DNA of 64,000 nt from Octopus sinensis (taxonomy: Eukaryota), in the NCBI RefSeq assembly GCF_006345805.1, contig NC_042998.1, forward strand, positions 1,550,001 to 1,614,000. The letters are read 5' to 3'. Made by a program: the position numbers and the translations under genes. The notes beneath the pieces were generated by a model. That model was not told where the DNA came from and did not search any database. It saw nothing but the letters and a program-made list of their open reading frames with translations. Shown here in pieces: positions 14,159 through 26,415 of the stretch. The number at the start of each line of letters is the position of its first letter. Positions within the stretch are counted from its first letter, which is position 1.

Positions 14159-15009
14159 ATATACACTTAAAACATAGCGGTCCCCTATTTGAAGGTGATG
14201 GATGTGCCATCAAATCATATCTAGTATTTCTGTATATATTCACTCCACATCAATGACTTTATGTGTGCGTGTGTGCGCGCGCGCGTACGTGTGTATGTGC
14301 GTGTGTGTGTTGCGCGCGCATGTACATACTCAGTGTTCTGCGGTTTCACACACTGGTATTATTGGCAATTAAGTATGGAAATATTGAAATATAATCAGCA
14401 GAGTGCAATGATATCCTTCCTGTCGAGGCTGTGACCAAGTCAGTTAGCTCCTCAGTGCTTCTGGTTCAGGCACCATAAACCAGGAACTAGAAACTTCGGG
14501 AAGCTACTTGTATAGTTTCAGCTTTGTACACACAGACGCGCATGCGCAAGCACACACACATACACACGCACACACACACACAAATACAACGTGTGTAAAT
14601 ATATATAGAAACACACACACATACAGGTTGCGGCAGACACTTGCCCATAGTGCCACGTAGTGGAACTGAACCCGGAACCATGTGGTTGGGAAGCAAGCTT
14701 CTTACCACACATGCTGATGGTTTCTATGAGATAGTGCTATACGTTATTACCACTAGAGAGTAATTATAAATAGTAAATGAAAAAAAAAAAATATCTGCTG
14801 TGTATGCATATTTTCCTTTATTTGTTAATTTCAATTTCAAATTTCTAACCCTGCCAAATATTGTGAAGAATGGTCAACTCCGTTGTAAAAATTGTCCACC
14901 AAGGAACAACGTTTTTACAGAACTTATAGTTAAGCGTGTATAACTTTGGCAACTAGTCTATGTTTTCCCTCAAAATTTTTGTTTCCAATCATTCTAGTAT
15001 CCTGTAAGG

Positions 15010-15050
15010 CTTCAATGAAGAGATCTAATAATATCGAAACATGTTTGAAG
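15010..15050 (+). ncRNA. Degenerate minimal type I hammerhead ribozyme motif (C3>A)
   Basis: CTTCA-aTGAAGA-GAT..ATC-GAAA-CATG-TT-TGAAG: stem I 5 bp, stem II 3 bp, palindromic ACATGT. Confidence 0.45.
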
Positions 15051-15429
15051 TTGTCTCTGCACTTGGCCAAAGATAAAACTTACTCTCACTGCTTCCTTCT
15101 ATTTAATTTTTAATTTATTTGGATTTCGTAGTTGGTTCCCTTGCTCTTTTTTTTTTAAGCTAAAGACACTTATTTGCATTACAGATAGAAGCTTAAATGA
15201 TTAAGCATAGTTTCCAATCATCAAATTAAGTGTACTATCTTCTTTTCCGCAGTCCAATTACTAAAACAAGTAAAAGATTAAAAAAAAACGGAAACAGATG
15301 GGATTATTTCTTTTTACTTGCCTCCCAAAACAGCTATTGCTTCGAAGTCTCCTTTTCGGGGCACCAAATAACTTTATATTACTAATACAATAAAGTTGTG
15401 CTTCTCTGTTGCATTATTTCTCTGATGTA

Positions 15430-15615
15430 AGGCGGCGGGCTGGCCGTGATATTTCGTTTATCGCTACGTTCTCAGTTCAAATTCTTCCGCGGCCGACTTT
15501 GAATTTCTTCCTTTCGGGGGTCGATAAATTAAGTACCAGTGAAACACTGGGGTCGATGTAATCAACTATACCTTCCCGCAAATTCCAGGCCTTGTGCTTT
15601 TATTAGAAAGGGTCA
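15430..15615 (+). mobile_element. SINE family B (type-ii tail)
   Basis: AGGCGGCGGGCTGG head, conserved core, CAGGCCTTGTGC tail. Confidence 0.75.
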
Positions 15616-16035
15616 TTTCTTTGATATAGATTTCAAGCTTTCAAATCAAACTCCACTCAACTTCATCTAGAAGGGATCGTCGTCACCTCTACGAGAGTTA
15701 ACCCCAGGGTACAACATGTGTTCTTTATATGGCATTTCCATTTATATTTATCATGGATTACTTCTTAATAGCAGACATTCCATCGGCATCCTGATGTCTG
15801 CTTCTTTATTTACATCGTCTACTTTTACTTACTTCTTTCTATCTTTATTTTTCGTTTGTTTGCTTGTTTTTCTTCCTTTTTTTTCTTCTTGATTTCCATA
15901 GTAAACTATTCTATTTCATTCATTTAAAATTATTCTCGAGGTGATTTTCATCTTTTGTTTTTCCTTTTTTTCTTTCTTGGTGATTTCATCACACACATAC
16001 ACACACATACACACACACACATTTATATATATATA

Positions 16036-16455
16036 GGCACAGGAGTGGCTGTGTGGTAAGTAGCTTGCTAACCAACCACATGGTTCCGGGTTCAGTTCCA
16101 CTGCGTGGCATCTTGGACAAGTGTCTTCTGCTATAGCCCCGGGCCGACCAATGCCTTGTGAGTGGATTTGGTAGACGGAAACTGAAAGAAGCCTGTCGTA
16201 TATATGTATATATATATATGTATGTGTGTGTGTTTGTGTGTCTGTGTTTTTCCCCTAGCATTGCTTGACAACCGATGCTGGTGTGTTTACGTTCCCGTCA
16301 CTTAGCGGTTCGGCAAAAAGTGACCGATAGAATAAGTACTGGGCTTACAAAAAGAATGAGTCCCGGGGTCGAGTTGCTCGACTAAAAGGCGGTGCTCCAG
16401 CATGGCCGCAGTCAAAATGACTGAAACAAGTAAAAGAGTAAAAGAGTAAAAGAGT
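16036..16455 (+). mobile_element. SINE family A, young full-length copy
   Basis: Intact A/B boxes, (AAGAGTA)n tail; nearly identical to 39261-39671. Confidence 0.9.
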
Positions 16456-16782
16456 ATATACATGAATACAGATGCATATATGTGTATGTATGCATGTGTA
16501 TATATGCACATTTATATATATACATATACACATATATATATATACTTATGCATATATATATATAAATACATATATAAATATATATATATTTACACACACG
16601 CATATATTCATAGATATACATATATGTTTGTGCATACATATGTACGCATATATTATATAAATATACGTACATATATGTTGTATATATATATATATAGTTC
16701 ATATATGTATATATATATATACGTATATATATATATACGTATATATATATGCATATATATATAGAGAGAGAGATATATATAG

Positions 16783-17006
16783 ATGCGAGCTGGCAGAAAC
16801 GTTAGCACGCCGGGCGAAATACTTAGCAGTATTTCGTCTGACGCTGCGTTCTGAGTTCAAATTCCGCCGAGGTCGACTTTGCCTTTCATTCTTTCGGGAT
16901 CGATAAATTAAGTACCAGTTACGCACTGGGGTCGATGTAATCGACTCAATCCCTTTGTCTGTCCTTGTTTGTCGCCTTTATGTTTAGCCCCTTGTGGCAA
17001 TAAAAA
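16783..17006 (+). mobile_element. SINE family B with Tx1-like 3' tail
   Basis: GCGAGCTGGCAGAAACGTTAGC head; tail TTTAGCCCCTTGTGGCAATAAAAATA followed by TATG. Confidence 0.85.
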
Positions 17007-17050
17007 TATATGTATATAGGTACATATATGCATATATATATATATAAACA

Positions 17051-17144
<94 letters not shown>

Positions 17145-17178
17145 ATATATATATATATAAATATATATATAATATATA

Positions 17179-17257
<79 letters not shown>

Positions 17258-17669
17258 CTGAGGTACCTGGTAATTCCCGGAAAGCGGGCTTATCCCTTGC
17301 TTCCGTTCTCATAATTATTTCGCTAATCCAATAACAACAATACAAAGTTTGTAGCCCTTAAAACAGTTTTTGTGCATTTACAGAGAATACCGAATTGTCT
17401 TATACAGGATCTTCTTAAGGATTCCCAATAATTTATGAATGACGAAATTGTGAAGTCAGTTACATAATAAAAAGGAAATTAGTTACCTGATAGTAAGAAT
17501 TCAAATAGAGTAGCCCCCTGAAAAAGGATTTAATGCGTTCCCAGAGTATGTAGAACACAGGAGGAAATACTAATGAGGTATGTATACTAAAATCGAGAAG
17601 AATGTTTCGTAATAACAGGATAATCAGATATGAGATAATAAGAATTCAAAATAACTCTGAAAAGGGCTT

Positions 17670-18430
17670 TTAAAAAGTAAAATACAATTAATTAGAATAT
17701 TTAAAACATATATATATAAGATACAAGATATACATTAAGTGAAAACTAAATACTATAATTTAAACTATATACATTAAATTAAATTATTAATGAATTCATT
17801 TATTTATTTAATAAACATCTAAATAAAGTCTTATACTCATTAAGTAATTTATATTAAAAACCTTAATGTTAAGTAATATACATAATGTTAGTACAAGACA
17901 TAAATATTGAAATTAAAAATAGGAAAAGGTTCAAATATATACACAGATATAGTTAGATAAACTAACTATATTATTAATATATATGTATCTATAGATTTAA
18001 TATTTTACTCAATAATATAGTTGACAAAAATATTAATTAATATAAAACTAATTTACTTAAATGTAATACTACGTAATAAATACACCACCTGACTATTAAA
18101 TAATGTATTGTCTTACAAAACTAATTCTCAAATTAAATCATATGTACAGCGTTAAATCACATTATAAAAATAATAATAAAGCATAATAAATAAATAGATA
18201 TACATATCATAACTAATAATTATCAAGAAATTATATATAAAATTAATATTTTTACAATAATAATAACAATGATATATATATATTAGAAACATTTTCTATT
18301 ATTAATTCCAATATTTATAGCTTTAAGGTTTTTAATACAAATTACTTAATGAGTATAAGACTTTATTTAGATGTTTATTAAATAAATAAATGAATTAATT
18401 AATAATTTAATTTAATGTATATCTTATATC

Positions 18431-18499
<69 letters not shown>

Positions 18500-18955
18500 T
18501 TAAATATTTTAATTAAATGTATCTTATTTTTTAAAAAAGAATATATTTGTTAAGATATGTCGTATTTTTCAAGATTATTTACGTATATTAATTAATTTAT
18601 CTAATTAATTATTTTATTATTGTTGTTATCTTTAACCTGAAGAGTGGCTATATTTATATTGAAGTGATTTTACTACTACTACTACTATTATTTTTACTAT
18701 TATCATTTCTTAAATATAGCCACGAAACACGTACCATAATCATTATTATATGTTTTATCTTATATTTAATCTTTCTATAATATGCAATTTTTTCTAAATG
18801 GTATAATTTCATTTTTCACTATTGAATTGATAAAAGGTGGGTTTTTTTCCTAATTTATATATATATATAAATATATTATATTTTGTGAAATTTGATTTAG
18901 CATTTCTAAATTGAATTTTTCCCTGTAGGTTTTGAATAATATTCCCTCATATTAT
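17670..18955. mobile_element. AT-rich probable Penelope-like remnant with a long inverted repeat
   Basis: Arms ~17670-17868 and ~18322-18540 are reverse complements; hammerhead-like core at 18637-18733. Confidence 0.45.
18637..18733 (+). ncRNA. Hammerhead-like core without a clear stem I
   Basis: CTGAAGA, perfect 13-bp stem GTGGCTATATTTA/TAAATATAGCCAC, then GAAA-CAC-GTA. Confidence 0.4.
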
Positions 18956-18988
18956 TATTATATGTATATATATATATATATATATACG

Positions 18989-19059
<71 letters not shown>

Positions 19060-19102
19060 GTATGTGTATATATATATACATATACGTACATATATATACA
19101 GA

Positions 19103-19152
<50 letters not shown>

Positions 19153-19221
19153 TGTATATATATGCATGCATACAATCACCCATCAACCCATCCACACACA
19201 CACACACATGCATACATACAT

Positions 19222-19276
<55 letters not shown>

Positions 19277-21566
19277 AATCTTATTTCTTCCTTATCTTTC
19301 TTTCATCCTTTATATTCTTGTTCGCACCATTTACATTCACCCGTTGGGCTTACAGTATCTCACCAACATCATCATATTTGTTAACATGTCTGTCACAATT
19401 ATACGTGATTTTCAAGCTTGAAATTCGTTTATCTGCTCAAAATATTAACTGTTATCTTATATATTATATAATTCCTATTTCTAATGATATTTGATATAGT
19501 CGTATAGATCCACCCATACTCCCTCTCTTTTCTCTCTCTCTTTCACTCTCTATCTCTCTCTCCTATAGTCTCTCTCTCGGTCTGTCTCTTCTCTCCTTCT
19601 CTCTCCCTCTCTCTTCTCTAATTCTCATATAGTCAATGGACTGCATCTATGCTAGAGAACCGTCGTGAAAGTTTTCGTTAATCAAATCGACCTCAACATT
19701 CCTTTTAAGATGTATTTATTCTATCGGTTTCTTCTTGGTACAGTGCTAAGTTAACGGGACGTAAAAAACGAACACCGGTTAAGAAGCAGCGAGAAGCAAA
19801 TATACATAAACACACACACACACACATATAGACATCGTGTATGTGTGTCTATGCATGTAATTAAATGTAAATAAGATTACACAATTGCAAAAATGAGAGT
19901 AAATGTTAGCAAATAACAAATAAAACTAAAATCGAACCGACAGCCAAGATTACTACACATTTAGACTAACTGGTGTCATAGTATTCACTATCTCAATTTT
20001 ATTGTCCTTTATTTACCGCAGAGTCGCTGAAGAGCCCTTGTAGACGCGAAGATAAAGCATGTTCAGTGTTTTCCTGTAAAGAATACTTTATAATGAGTTC
20101 CTGTTACGTTATCAAGGTCAATAGCAGATCTAGAGCTCAGCACCGCAAGATAATGAACCCTTCGTTAATCATGCAATGCTGTAAATAGATTCCATAAAAT
20201 CTATTTACATTTAGGTGGAGTGAACTAAGAAAAGTTAAGAGATTTTCACCATGCGCACGTAACAGTATTGGCTGATGTCTCGGGTTGCCTTTTATCATGG
20301 AAATCTCATATCCTGTTGCCGTTTATTTATCGTTCACCTGTCCCTATTCAAGTAACCAGCAATGACTAACATAACTATAACTAGGGCATCGTTGTAAATA
20401 AAGTAAGGCGCGCTCCCAGCTAGTGTTAAGACAGAGTGAAGGCTTATAGACTTTATGCCTTGTCAAAATAAAATGGCAGAATTGTCACCATTAAATGTGT
20501 TTTTTTTTGTTTTTTGTTTTGTTTTTTTTCAGATAATCCTGAAACGATTTGAAAATTCGCCTTCTTTTGGCTGCTCTGAAATCGATCGGAATCAACTGTG
20601 TCTTTTATTCTTCTATGGCTGAAAATATCTACAACAGTAGGAATTGAATTAACGAATACTTTTATCCTACTGAAAAGAAATCTACAGTGTTCATTGATAT
20701 TAGTCGTGAAAGTGAATTTGGATTGCTTACGTTCTCACAAAAGATTCAATTTACCACAAATGAAACGTAGGATGTTCAGCATCAATCACATTTCTCAGGG
20801 AAAATCACAGCGAAAATGAAACAGTTTCATATAAGATTAATTTCTATGTGGTCGGCCTATGACGTTGCTTTGTCCTTGGTCTTCCGTTTTTAAGCAAAGC
20901 TATGGTTAAAAACGTTTAAGCTGTGATCATCTTGTAAGATAAATTATAGCCAGGACCAAGTTCCCATAGACACATATGTCTACCTCCATTAACCCGGGAG
21001 TTTGTCATACATTTTCGGTTGCAATTCCCTGCAGGTTGTCACTTTTGACAACGATGAAAGCTACATAGATTAATAAGCAAAAAATGATTAAAGCAGTTGA
21101 GTAATAAATCACCAACAATCTGAGTAAATAAGTACTCTATGCAGCTGATGTATCTCTTTATCTATTCAGATATACAGAAGTAAGGTATTGTTACTATGTT
21201 CTATAACTGACGAAAATTCAAGCGGAATGGCACAGTTGCGAGACAAACTTCTTTGTCATACAACAATGACTGCTATCATATATATCAACTGTTCTTCTGG
21301 TGAGGGTATGGAAGCTAACCAACTCCATTATTTTCAGTATATGTATTATATATACGTCTGTAGATCATCCTAAGCTGTATTTAAATATTGGGAAAATAGA
21401 AACATAAGTTCGATGTAATTTCACGGATGGATTGTTTTATTTTCTTAATACTGGAAATGTTCATCGATATACAATGAACGAAGGCGAAAGTTTAATAATC
21501 ATGTCGAAGCTCCTACAACTGAATGGAGATAATGAAATATATTAGCGATATCAGAAATAATAGAGT

Positions 21567-21599
<33 letters not shown>

Positions 21600-21654
21600 C
21601 GACGATGACGACGACGACGACGACGACGATACTGATGATGGTGGTAGTGGTGGT

Positions 21655-21855
21655 GGGTTCAAATTCAGAAACAAGGCCACCGATGTAACTGGTAGGCTTT
21701 AAGTCAATTTACATGGACCCCAGTACTCTACTTGTACTTATTTTATTGACCTCGAAGGGACGAAAAGCAAAGTCGACCCCGGTAGTATTTGAACTCAAAA
21801 CGTAAAGACGGATGAAAAGCTGCTAGGCATTTTGCCCCGCGTACAAACGATTCTA
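21655..21855 (-). mobile_element. SINE family B, degenerate, next to a (GAT)n/(GAC)n tract
   Basis: Family B core and GAGTTCAAAT box. Confidence 0.7.
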
Positions 21856-21922
21856 TAATAATAATAATAATAGTAATAATAATAATAATAATGATAATAA
21901 TAATAATAATATAATAATAATA

Positions 21923-22831
21923 ATGAAATCCAAACTAAAAATAGAACAGCAACGAACCATGATAAAACGATGGCAAGAAAAGCCCCTTCATGGTAAATAC
22001 TGCACTAAACTAAACGCAAAAGAAATAGACAAAGAAAAATCCCAGCAATGGTTGAGAAGCTCAGGACTCAAAGCAGAGACAGAGGGATTTTTAATTGCAG
22101 CACAAGACCAAAGCCTCCCCACCAGAAATTACCAAAAACATGTAATGAAAAGAAATATACAAGTAACTGCAGAATATGTGGAGATGGACAAGAAACAATA
22201 AATCATATTATCTCTAGCTGCCCAGTCCTGGCTAAGAAGGAATATATTCACAGACATGACAGAGTTGGAACCTACATACATTGGAAGCTATGCCAACATT
22301 ATGGAATAACAACAGAAAAAAGATGGTGTAGGCACACACCAGAAAAGGTCACAGAAAACGAGAAAGCAACCATACTCTGGGATATGCCGATACACACAGA
22401 TAGAGAAATTAAGGCCAACAGACCAGATATAGTTGTCAGAGATCATGAAGAAAAAAAATGCTTTCTAATTGATGTATCAATACCGGCAGATGACAACGTG
22501 CCTCTAAAAGAAATGGAGAAACTCTCAAAATACAAAGACCTGGAAATAGAGGTAACTAGAATGTGGAATCTGAAAACAGAAACAATTCCTATCATAGTAG
22601 GTGCATTAGGCATGATAAAAAAATATTCAGACAAATACATAACAAAAACACCAGGACTTACAAACACATATAACATACAGAAAATTGCACTACTAGGCAC
22701 TGCACACATCCTACGCAGAACACTTTCCATACAATAACCATCAGAGCATCACAACAAATCACAGCACATACCCAAGGCATACAGTGCTGCGCTCGGTAGT
22801 GAAGTGAAAGCACGCTATAAAAATAAAACTA

Positions 22832-22835
<4 letters not shown>
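21923..22835 (+). mobile_element. 5'-truncated R4/Dong-like non-LTR retrotransposon, family 1
   Basis: LHGKY, CRICGDGQETINHIISSC zinc finger, RHDRV, RPDIVV..LIDVSIP..K..KY RLE domain; one frameshift; stop at 22737; flanked by (AAT)n. Confidence 0.92.
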
Positions 22836-22890
<55 letters not shown>

Positions 22891-22892
<2 letters not shown>

Positions 22893-23447
22893 GCCCTGAT
22901 GCAGTACCAGGCAGTGGCTCTCATGGCTTCTGATCTTAACTGATTAGAAGTGTTAAAATGTTCATTGTTTTGTCTTGGTATAAAAGATGGGCTACAGCAA
23001 ATATTCTGCTCAATACCACGGATTTGCTCGTCAGTTGTTTGACCTTAACCAGTTGAGCATGTCCCTTAGTGGCTGGTGATATGTGCATTTCTGATCACGA
23101 GCAGAAGTAGTGGGGGAGCATCATAGCCATGTGTTGAGAGGGATTCTTTGGGGTTTGAATAATTCACCTCTGGAAACATGGGTGGTTCTTTCAACATCCT
23201 TAAACAACCCTTATTCAGGGACCTTTTGAGCGGGATGGGTTACTCGATCTGAAGAAAATTCTAACTGGGCTCCACCCACAAGGTCATGCGCTGTTTACCT
23301 TGATATGAGATCACCATGTCGCGCACATATGGTTGTGATGCATGTGCCTGGTGTACCCTTATCAGACGGGTAGTCATGATGGGTATATTGGGCTTCGTAT
23401 ATTTTACCCCAGTGTCACTTTGATGGCATGAACTGCTCTCTCACTCA
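22891..23447. other. Non-coding ~557-bp insert between (AAT)n tracts, probable non-autonomous element
   Basis: Complex, more GC-rich sequence with sharp (AAT)n borders; no ORF or tRNA head recognised. Confidence 0.45.
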
Positions 23448-23468
23448 ATAATAATAATAATGATTATG

Positions 23469-23512
<44 letters not shown>

Positions 23513-24137
23513 TTGAAGCGAAGAAAAAGAGTAAATTGTAGTGGCATAGAATTGCGAAATGGAGAGAGACTGGAAGATCCGGATGATGATGGGTACGAGT
23601 ACCTTGGGATCCTAGAGCTGGACAATATTTTGTACAAAGAAATGAAAGACAAGGTCATCACTGCATATTTCAAGCGCTCCAAGCTTCTCTTGAAATCAAA
23701 ACTCAACTCAAGGAACATAGGGGCTGTTGCTGTAGTCCGCTATAGTGCCTCCGTTCTGAAATTGACACAAGCGGAGATTGACCAACTCGATCGTACTACC
23801 TGAAAGACAATGAAAATGTACGGTGCCCAACATTCTAAGGCAAATGTACACAGGCTCTACATGAAGAGAGGTAAAGGTAGGCGCGGGGGGCTGATTAGTG
23901 CACGGGAGTACATCAACAGTGAAAGAAGAAACATGACAGAATATTTGGTAAACATACTGCTACAGTATGCTGCTAGTACAGGAGTTAACAAACATGGACT
24001 TGAGAGTGCTCATGAATTCCGATCAAGAACAGCCAACGAGAGAGAAGAAACCCTACTCCGTATGGAACTACATGGTCAGTTCCACCATGAAACCAACAAA
24101 TTAAGAGATCAGGAAGCATACAGAAAATGTCGAAAAT
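23513..24137 (+). mobile_element. R4/Dong-like RT C-terminal fragment, family 2
   Basis: GYEYLGILELD, LLLKSKLNSRN, RLYMKRGKG..GGL, LHGQF. Confidence 0.85.
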
Positions 24138-24146
24138 AACAACAAC

Positions 24147-24202
<56 letters not shown>

Positions 24203-24203
<1 letters not shown>

Positions 24204-24406
24204 CGTTTCAAATTTTGCCACAAAAGCAGCACTTTTACATCGACCCCAGTGTTCAACTGGTACTTATTTTGTCGACCACAAAAGGATGAAAGGCAAAGTC
24301 GACCTTGGCAGAATTTGAACTCAGGACGTAAAGCCCGACGAAATACCTATTTCTTTACTACCCACAAGGGGCAAAACACAGAAACGTGCTAACGTTTCTG
24401 CCTTAC
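24203..24406 (-). mobile_element. Nested SINE family B pieces (Tx1-like tail inside a type-ii copy)
   Basis: Junction GTAGTAAAGAAATAG|GTATTTCGTC at ~24346. Confidence 0.75.
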
Positions 24407-24939
<533 letters not shown>

Positions 24940-25320
24940 TTAGTAAATATAAAGACCTGCTAATAGAATTGAAAAAATGTGGCATCTCAAGGCGACTACA
25001 GTAACAGTGATTGTAGGATCTCTAGGAATGATAAAAAACGCTACTGAAACCCATTTGAAAACGATTCCAGGCTTACCATCCCTACAGGAAGTGCAAAAAA
25101 TCGTATTAACTGGAACGGTTCATGTACCGAGAAGAGCATTATCGCTGTGAAACAACATCCATCCATGAATTTATTTATTTATTAATTTTTAAATACATAT
25201 TTTATCTGTGAATTTGCGTGTGTAATCTGGGAATGCATACAATGAGCTTCTATGCCCTAGGTGTATGGAAAACACTCGGCGAGAAACGGAAGAAAATTTG
25301 AAGACAGAAGGAAAAAACAT
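24940..25320 (+). mobile_element. R4/Dong-like 3' end, family 3, copy 2 (tandem duplicate)
   Basis: Same as 24454-24835 apart from a 1-bp indel seen by eye. Confidence 0.85.
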
Positions 25321-25362
25321 AATAATAATAATAATAATAATAATAATATAATAATAATAATA

Positions 25363-25408
<46 letters not shown>

Positions 25409-25430
25409 TAATAATAATATAATAATAATA

Positions 25431-25473
<43 letters not shown>

Positions 25474-25474
<1 letters not shown>

Positions 25475-25842
25475 GATTGATGTTGCATGCCCTTTTGACC
25501 CACGAATAGTCAAGAGGGAAATCGAAAAAATAGACAAATATAACCCTCTTAAGTACGAAATAGCCCGGCTTTTGGAAATGAAGAAGGTGAAGATAGTGCC
25601 AATTATTGTTGGGTCCTTGGGAACAGTATCGGAAGGCATCAAGGGGAATATAAAGGAAATTGGAATAGAGTGCTCAGTAGAACTGTTACAAAAACTTTGC
25701 CTCCTTGGTACTGCCAGGATAATCGGGAAAGTATTAGATAGCTGAAAAGAATGGATAGCATGGTACCGTAGGTTGCAGGTAACTAGCTCGCTACGCATGT
25801 AAAAAAAATCCAGGAGCTCCAACAAGACCTGTGATAAAGAGA
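25474..25842 (+). mobile_element. R4/Dong-like 3' end, family 4
   Basis: IDVACPFD...EKIDKYNPLKYEIARL...PIIVGSLG...LQKLCLLGTARII. Confidence 0.85.
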
Positions 25843-25864
25843 AATAATAATAATAATAATAATA

Positions 25865-25914
<50 letters not shown>

Positions 25915-25915
<1 letters not shown>

Positions 25916-26244
25916 GGGACTAATTGCTACCTAACTCAGATACCAGGAAACCCCAAAATGGCAGAAATTCAAAAGATAGTGCTCATGGGAACTGCTCATA
26001 TCCTACGCAAAATACTCTCTATATAATCCCAAGGTTTAAAACAAACTTTTTTTTATTTGCTATTTTTATTTATTTTTATTTTTTTTGTTTATTTTTTATT
26101 TTTATGTATTAGACATTCACTAGTACAACACCAAAAAAAAAAAAACCAAATATATGGCACAGAACTTCTAACCTGTTGTCTCTTGAGGTCTCTGGGTGAG
26201 ACTTGGAGCCAACTTGTACAGACATAAAGCAAAAGTCAAACATA

Positions 26245-26245
<1 letters not shown>
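25915..26245 (+). mobile_element. R4/Dong-like 3' end, family 5
   Basis: IQKIVLMGTAHILRKILSI* plus a distinct 3' UTR, (AAT)n flanks. Confidence 0.75.
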
Positions 26246-26287
<42 letters not shown>

Positions 26288-26320
26288 TACAATAACAATA
26301 ACAATGACAATAATAATAGA

Positions 26321-26413
<93 letters not shown>

Positions 26414-26415
<2 letters not shown>

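Noticed and set aside
19990-21200. Plus-strand splice-like sites (20021, 20532, 21169-21180) suggesting another gene
   Set aside because: No coherent reading frame or recognisable protein; needs RNA-seq
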